Assembly: GCA_951406725.2 (NCBI GenBank)
Contig: OX597820.1
Location: 96,100,001-96,164,000 of the forward strand
Origin: Octopus vulgaris
Taxonomy: Eukaryota
Reading direction: 5' to 3'
Length of the DNA: 64,000 bases
Shown piece by piece: positions 56,900 through 64,000 of this stretch (position 1 is the first letter of the stretch; each line of letters begins with the position of its first letter). The position numbers were made by a program, and so were the translations under genes. The notes beneath the pieces were generated by a model. It saw nothing but the letters and a program-made list of their open reading frames with translations, had not been told where the DNA came from and made no database searches.

Positions 56900-58820
56900 G
56901 GAAAATGATGTGATTTTTTATTGGTTATAATTTTGATGACGTCTTATTCTTTTCTCGTGGATGTTTGGTCAAAAATTTCTAAGTTTAGTGTATGAATTGG
57001 TTGGCTTCCAGGTGACAACCACGGTCTTGGAACAAGTTCTGATTGGTTGTAAGGTTTCGTGACGTCACTTTATTTTGATAAAAAAAGTATATTCTGCTTG
57101 GTTGACTTCCTTCCAGGGACTCAGTAATTTGTTTTTGCCTGGTGGTCATCTAGCGTGTCGGCAGGTTGGTTCCCTTAAGAATTCAGTTTGTTTCTTCTGA
57201 GAGTCCGGTTCTGACCATAGGAAAAATTATATTTGTTTTGTCTCAGATGACGTTAGCAACTGGTGTTTGTGAAGATGTATGGTGTTATTGTATAGTAATT
57301 TGAAGTTGGTATTTCGAATCTCTGGGGAGCTTGTTACTTAAAGTTTTCGAATTACATCAGTTGTTTACTTGTTTCAGTCATTTGACTGCGGCCATGCTGG
57401 AGCACCGCCTTTTACTCGAGCAAATCGAGCTCGAGACTTATTCTTTGTAAGCCCAGTATTTATTCTATCGGTCTCTTTTACCGAACCGCTAAGTGACGGG
57501 GACGTAAACACACCAGCATCAGTTGTCAAGCAATGCTAGGGGGACAAACACAGTCACACAAACACACACACACACACATATATATACATATATACGACAG
57601 GCTTCTTTCAGTTTCCGTATACCAAATCCACTCACAAGGCATTGGTCGGCCCGGAGCTATAGTAGAAGACACTTGCCCAAGATGCCACGCAGTGGGACTG
57701 AACCCGGAACCATGTGGTTGGTTAGCAAGCTACTTACCACACAGTCACACCTGCGCCTGGATGTTTTTCGTGGAAAAATTGGGTTTTCTCTTTCTTTTGT
57801 ATTATTATAAGATATTTAGTTGAGGCTTATATTTTTAATGAGCATGCTTTCCTTATTCAATCGGAATTGGATTGAAGTATTTCCGATGCATTGATAGAGA
57901 CAGGAAATTTGGCATTTCGGATTTCTGTATGCGGGGCATTGAAGTGTTTGCTTACAGGAATTTTCCTAGTCGTGGGATCCCGAATCTGCTGCCTGCGTAC
58001 TATCGGTCTGTCTCTCATTGTCACGCTAACTTGACCTATGCCTATTACACACACAAAAGTGTCCATTACACACACAAAATTGCCCATTACACACACAACA
58101 TTTGAGGACAAATTAAGTTCTTCAATGTACAGGTGAAGTGATTTTTTATCGAAAGTATTTGACCTACCTTGAATTTCTATGCTGAACCTTACAAAATGTT
58201 GATGCAAGTCCCGCAGTTAGGGCGGTTGCATTTTTTGACTAGTGGGGATGTATTTTCCGCGGGCAATTTGGTGATGGTAAGTAAACTTTTTAGGGATTTG
58301 GGTTGTCTTTTACTTTTAATAATTCAATGTGCTTCAAGTGATTTTTCACTGGCAGGTCGTTCAGAAAGAGGGGTGTATTCTGATGGAGAATACTGTATGC
58401 TTCCATATTCTTTGGATTGTGTGTTAATACGTAAGACAAAGTTTTGAGTGTGTCATGGTTTTTTTTTTGTTTGTTTTTTTGTAATTCTTGGAAGTCTATC
58501 ATTTTTGCACGTTTTATTCCGTTTTCGATTAAACTAACAGGGTATTTTCTTTCTAGAGATATATTTTAAAGTTCTTTGATTCGTTTATCTCGAGTTTCGG
58601 GATTTGATGCAATCGTGAAAATTCCTCTTGCCAAGTTGAACGATATATTGATTTTAGTATGCTTTGGGTTGCAGAAAGACAATAGTAGATATTGTTTTGT
58701 GTCCGCTGGTTTAAAATAGAGGTCGGTTTCAATGTTAGTATCTTTATTAAAAGTTCAGAAAGAATGGCTGTTTGTGACAGTATTTCATTGTAAATTGGAT
58801 TCTGTGGTTAATGTTGTTTA
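56900..58820 (-). mobile_element. Penelope-like element 3' half (RT thumb, GIY-YIG, CCAAT/CRE-rich 3' region), interrupted by a SINE
   Basis: IETDLYFKPADTKQYL, NISFNLARGI, SYVLTHNPKN, RQQIRDPTTRKIPVSKHF; related to ORF 62578-62868. Confidence 0.8.
57364..57758 (-). mobile_element. SINE family 1, full length
   Basis: Near-identical to 28673-29050. Confidence 0.92.
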
Positions 58821-59234
58821 ATTAAGTTTTTAAATTCTAAGATTTGCTCAAGGTTATTGAAGTCAATAACAATTTCAAGAACAGCAATAGAAAATATTTC
58901 TATAAAGTTCACAAATTTTAACATGTAAAACCTGATATTAAACGGAGCCCTCAGAGAAAAAGTATTGGCACGTGTTTTAGCTGTAAATAAAAATGAAGTT
59001 TGTGAGTAAAGTGTCAGAAGGCAAAAGATAGACATGATTTTGATTTTTGTTTTGTGTATGTGTGTGTGTGTAAGTGTATGTATGAGAGCGAGTGCACCAA
59101 TATATATATTAAATTTCACTATAATTCTAAATTCATCACGAATTTGACTATTGTGTAAAATGTCTGAGTACTTATCCATTGCTTTGAATTGCTTATGATA
59201 TGTTCTCACTCCTCTGATATAACAAAAATATATA

Positions 59235-59449
59235 CGAGATGGTGCTGAAATGTTCCTGGCCTTAAAAGTCTCGCGAAAGGCTTAGCTGAAGGCCCAACTT
59301 TCCCTGATCTTTTACAGTCCTTAGAAAAACTAAATGAACGCTGCAATAAGTGAATGAATCTGAGAGGGTTGTGTTGAATAAATTTATAATTAACTGATCC
59401 TCCTGTATTTTCTTTTACACAGAGCCAGGAACTTTCCAAGATCCCCTCG
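59235..59449 (+). mobile_element. Short mariner MITE, paralog of 23231-23428
   Basis: TA TSD, matching TIRs and interior. Confidence 0.8.
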
Positions 59450-59483
59450 TACACACACACTCACACACATATATATTCTTTCA

Positions 59484-59959
<476 letters not shown>

Positions 59960-60957
59960 ATAAATATATATAATTGTTAATATTTTGAAACACCGACTCT
60001 TAGGCAATTAATTTCTTTTATATGATGTCTATTATTTCGTCAATAAAACTAAGAACAATTCTGTTACGACTACATTAAGGTATTACATTTCTGTTCTAGT
60101 TCAAACGCACTTTGTTAGACACAAATTGCGTTAGCGCTTACAGATTCTATAACAGACAACTTCATTATGTTCCACACTCATTATATTCCATATCGTATTA
60201 TATTCTACATTTTAAAAGCGGCGATCTAATAGAACTGTTATTGCGGGAAAAATGCCTAGAGACATTTCGTCCGTCTTTATGTTCTGAGTTCAAATTCTGC
60301 CGAGGTCGGCATTGCTTTTCATCTTCCGGAGTTGGTAAAATAAGTGCCAGCGGAACAGTGAGGTCAACGTAAGTGATTTATTGCACCCCTAAAACTGCTG
60401 GCCTTGTGCCAAATACGAAACCATTATATTCTTCGATTTTGTAAGATGTTTGTGTTAAACGGAGTTTTCATTGTATTTTTTCTTTTTACGTTAATGTAAT
60501 ACCCATGTTACGTTTGTTTAAAATTTATAAAGCAACTTAGTTAAATGGTTACAGATTATTTTAAAAAACTAAAAGTCTAATCAATAGATTTATTCATTAC
60601 TGATATCAATATGACATTTCATACATCTTCTGACGTTCATAAAAAAACATTTTTTTCTCCAAAAGATTAGCTAAATGTATTGGGTTTTAAGTGATTGTGC
60701 TAATATTTCTGTTTTTCTGAGTATTAAATTTCTAGTCCAATGCTGCACATGACACGAAACAAATATTTTTATGCCTCAACCAGATGTTCACGTTTGCTCC
60801 GAAGCAGCTATCTATTGTAATCCTCCAATATCTTTATAACAAGTTTTGATTTAACCTTTCGCAGGAATATAATCCTTTAAGCTAGTATTTACTAGTGGCC
60901 AGGTGGTTAGGTTGTTGCACTCACAATCGTAATACCATTGTATTCTTGGGCAAAAAC

Positions 60958-61146
60958 ATAGATGCAGGTGTGAGTGTGTGGTAAGAAGCCTGCTTCCCAA
61001 CAACATGGTTTCGGGGTCAGTCCTACGGCGTAGCACCTTGGTCAAATGCCTTCTCATATAGTCTTTAGCTGACCAAAGCTTTGTGAGTGAATTTGGTAGA
61101 CGGAAACTGAAAGAAGCCCGTCGTGTATGTATACATATACATATGT

Positions 61147-61198
<52 letters not shown>

Positions 61199-61310
61199 CC
61201 CTGTCCCCACTTGAAAACCGGTGTTAGTTTTCAGAAACTAATAGACTAAATACCAGGCTTAGAAAAAAAAAAGTAGTGGTGTCGATTTATTCCACTAAAA
61301 AGTTCTTCGA
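60958..61310 (+). mobile_element. SINE family 1-like copy nested in an older SINE
   Basis: Diverged head and body; caaaaaca on both sides. Confidence 0.7.
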
Positions 61311-61711
61311 GATAATAGACAAAAACACTTCACTGGACATTGCTCCAGTCCACTCAGCTGCAAAAATATTAGCGCTAACCAGCAGAGTGGTATCATTCGA
61401 AGAAGCGCAGCGTAAGTTGTGATGTATAACAACAACTGTTAATCTGGTCAGTTGAGGGTATAAGCATTACAAGGCTATCCTTGAAATTGAGATTCGGTCA
61501 TCTCGTATATATGCTCTCACTAACCCCAGAACGAGTTTATTCGTAACAAAAGTACTAAGCATTAGATATAGCACCAGTCTGAAATACACTAGCGCATAAT
61601 TAATTCCGGACCAAATCCAATATCTAGTATCATGTATCCAGTTTTCTTAGAACATGAAACAAGTATATAACCTAGTTATTTCTCATGGAAAGCAGCGAGT
61701 AAATATTTGTT

Positions 61712-61743
<32 letters not shown>

Positions 61744-61775
61744 AATATATATATATATATATATGTATATATCTA

Positions 61776-61850
<75 letters not shown>

Positions 61851-62038
61851 GTATATATAGATATATATATATATGGGTGTGTGTGATTGTGTATAGAAGA
61901 ATATATTAATAAAAAGAATTCCAACCTTGTCTGATTTTCACGTTTTATTTACAATCTTATAATGATATATTATAAGATAATATATTATAATTGAATAAAA
62001 TAAAATGAAATAGTAGAATGTTAAATATTCATTCTGAT

Positions 62039-62083
62039 TGAACTAGTACTTTCATGCATTGAATTCTGCAATCTTCGGGTTCA
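62039..62083 (-). ncRNA. Hammerhead ribozyme in a PLE 3' terminal region (one core change)
   Basis: TGAAC-CCGAAGA-tTGCA gaattcaa TGCAt-GAAA-gtac-TA-GTTCA; palindromic stem III AGTACT. Confidence 0.7.
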
Positions 62084-62144
62084 TGTAGTAGTGTTGACAG
62101 TCATGCTTCACAATTTTTGACTGTAGCAAGATGAGTGATTCTGT

Positions 62145-62262
62145 GCTATAAATACAGCTGGGTAGGCTCCAGAGTGCTAGGTTTTGCAAACTGTATTCTG
62201 ACCAATCAGTGTGTAGTATCACTCAATTACTTAAGCTGATTGGTTGGTTGAGCTGATTGGTT
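62145..62262 (-). promoter_or_regulatory. Putative PLE pseudo-LTR promoter
   Basis: Three CCAAT/ATTGG motifs, then TATTTATA (62147-62154) about 65 nt before the HHR. Confidence 0.45.
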
Positions 62263-62577
62263 TAGGCATCACGCTTTGTTGGACAGGTCAAGAGTCCTGT
62301 ATCTTGACCCTGGCCGAAGCAGCAATTGTTGGGTTATTTTTAGAAATGTTGTAAATATCCTTTGTCAGAGATTTTTATATTTTTATATTTCAATTGTCAT
62401 CATCATCATTGTCAGCACCTTAATTATTGTTGCTAGTGGTGATGGTGGTGGCAATAGAACTTTTAACCCTAAATAAGATAATTTTCCTGCTATCTTCGTC
62501 TTGATCACCTTTAGTATTGTTGTTGTTGTTAGTGGTCATGGTCGTAGCAGTGGAAGTAATACCTCTAAGTATTATTA

Positions 62578-62868
62578 TTATTGCTTATTTAGCTTGGGTT
62601 CGAATTTATCAATAAAATTCTTTTCTCTGATTTTCCTCTCGATTTCACTTGGGCTGTGTAATTTGTAGAATGGAAATATTATATATATTTTCCGACCACA
62701 TGTTGCTAGGTGGTTACTCAAAGGTATCTGACGGACCTCTGGGTCTCTAATCTGTTGCCGGTGTACACGTGAGCGTTCTAATAGTGCGTTTCCCGTCTGA
62801 CCTACATATATTTCTTCACAATTTGGGCATTTGATGCAGTAAATTAAATTTCTGCTTTTGCAGTTCAT
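62578..62868 (-). CDS. GIY-YIG endonuclease domain of a 5'-truncated Penelope-like element
   Basis: CKSRNLIYCIKCPNCEEIYVGQT...R..H...H...E..FI..F.PKLN; open to its stop codon; truncated at (TA)n. Confidence 0.9.
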   Translation of the reverse strand: MNCKSRNLIYCIKCPNCEEIYVGQTGNALLERSRVHRQQIRDPEVRQIPLSNHLATCGRKIYIIFPFYKLHSPSEIERKIREKNFIDKFEPKLNKQ

Positions 62869-62874
62869 ATTCGC

Positions 62875-62905
<31 letters not shown>

Positions 62906-62909
62906 GATA

Positions 62910-62946
<37 letters not shown>

Positions 62947-63028
62947 CTGCTTCCATTTCCTGAGCGCCTATTAATAATAATACTGTAATTGTTCCCTTGT
63001 TGTTGTTTTTTTGTTTCCCGTTTGGATT

Positions 63029-63100
<72 letters not shown>

Positions 63101-63593
63101 GGAGATGACAACTGAAACAATGTAAATATATTTTGAGTTCCATTAATGATGTGAATATGTTAAAGCAGTGGTGGTAGCCTTTATATTTGAAGTCTATGCG
63201 GTCATCTGACGGAAACGGCTTCTTTCAAATGGTGTAATGTTTTCATTAATCTTTTTAAGGAGTCGCTTGAAACGGCCGTCATGAATTGACACCATCTCTA
63301 CACCTTCATTACTCATACTTTATTCACCTACATTGGAATCTGCACTTCAGAAATGCTTTAGAAAATACATTTATATAAAGTACATGACTGAACTACCAAG
63401 ATAGCATATCTTCATTCAGCTAAGGTGCGTTGTCTGCACACACGGCAGGAATATCAGGTGCACACAATCCTGCACAGCGTTTTGATATTCAATTAATATT
63501 GTCTGGGTGTACGGATTATGCCGACCTAATAAGGTGCCTCAATTTAAGTACCTAATTCAACTGAATCTTAATTATATTAAAAAATATTATATA

Positions 63594-63648
<55 letters not shown>

Positions 63649-63680
63649 TCTATTTTAAGCAGCAGAAAATTCAACAAAAT

Positions 63681-63718
63681 CTGTAACTCTGAGTTTCTCG
63701 TTGCCGTTCATCAGACAG
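63681..63718 (-). ncRNA. Hammerhead ribozyme candidate next to (TA)n
   Basis: CTGT-CTGATGA-aCG gcaa CGa-GAAACTC-a-GAGTT-ACAG; stems I and III good, stem II short with a mismatch. Confidence 0.6.
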
Positions 63719-64000
63719 TTTTTGCTAGAATAGAACTTATATATTAATTCAATCTATACTCTTACAAACGCTACACCTTTAAAAAGAAATGGACTTGTTT
63801 GATTGGCCCTTTAGAAAAAACGGTCAATCTTCGAGCGATAAACAAAAAGGTCAAAAATATATGTATATATATATATAAAAACTTATAAAAATTATAAAAA
63901 TTATAAAATCCGAGGAAAAAACCTATTGCCGTTAATGAAGACAGTACAAATTAATGCATAGAAATTAAACCTGTTATAAATACTGCAATACATATTTATA

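Overview
AT-rich, microsatellite-dense eukaryotic DNA, almost entirely repeat-derived (intergenic or intronic). The SINE families and (TA)n/(AAT)n load suggest an octopus-like cephalopod, which is inference only. I found no convincing host gene, and nearly all ORF-track entries are microsatellite artefacts. Recognisable content: many copies of two tRNA-derived SINE families; fragments of RTE, R4/Dong and Penelope-like (PLE; RT and GIY-YIG) retroelements; mariner, Tc1 and pogo DNA-transposon derivatives; non-autonomous Helitrons. The main signal is about 19 type I hammerhead ribozyme (HHR) cores, intact or degenerate, in about 9 unrelated short element families. Seven insertions share a head-to-head fold-back geometry. 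Highlights: (i) a tRNA-head + (AAT)n + HHR SINE-like element flanked by target-site duplications (TSDs); (ii) a highly structured 487-nt tandem unit bounded by intact HHRs, a retrozyme/circRNA candidate; (iii) a TSD-flanked 2-kb LINE-like element that carries only ORF1. All folds and alignments were done by eye, and degraded-element boundaries are approximate.
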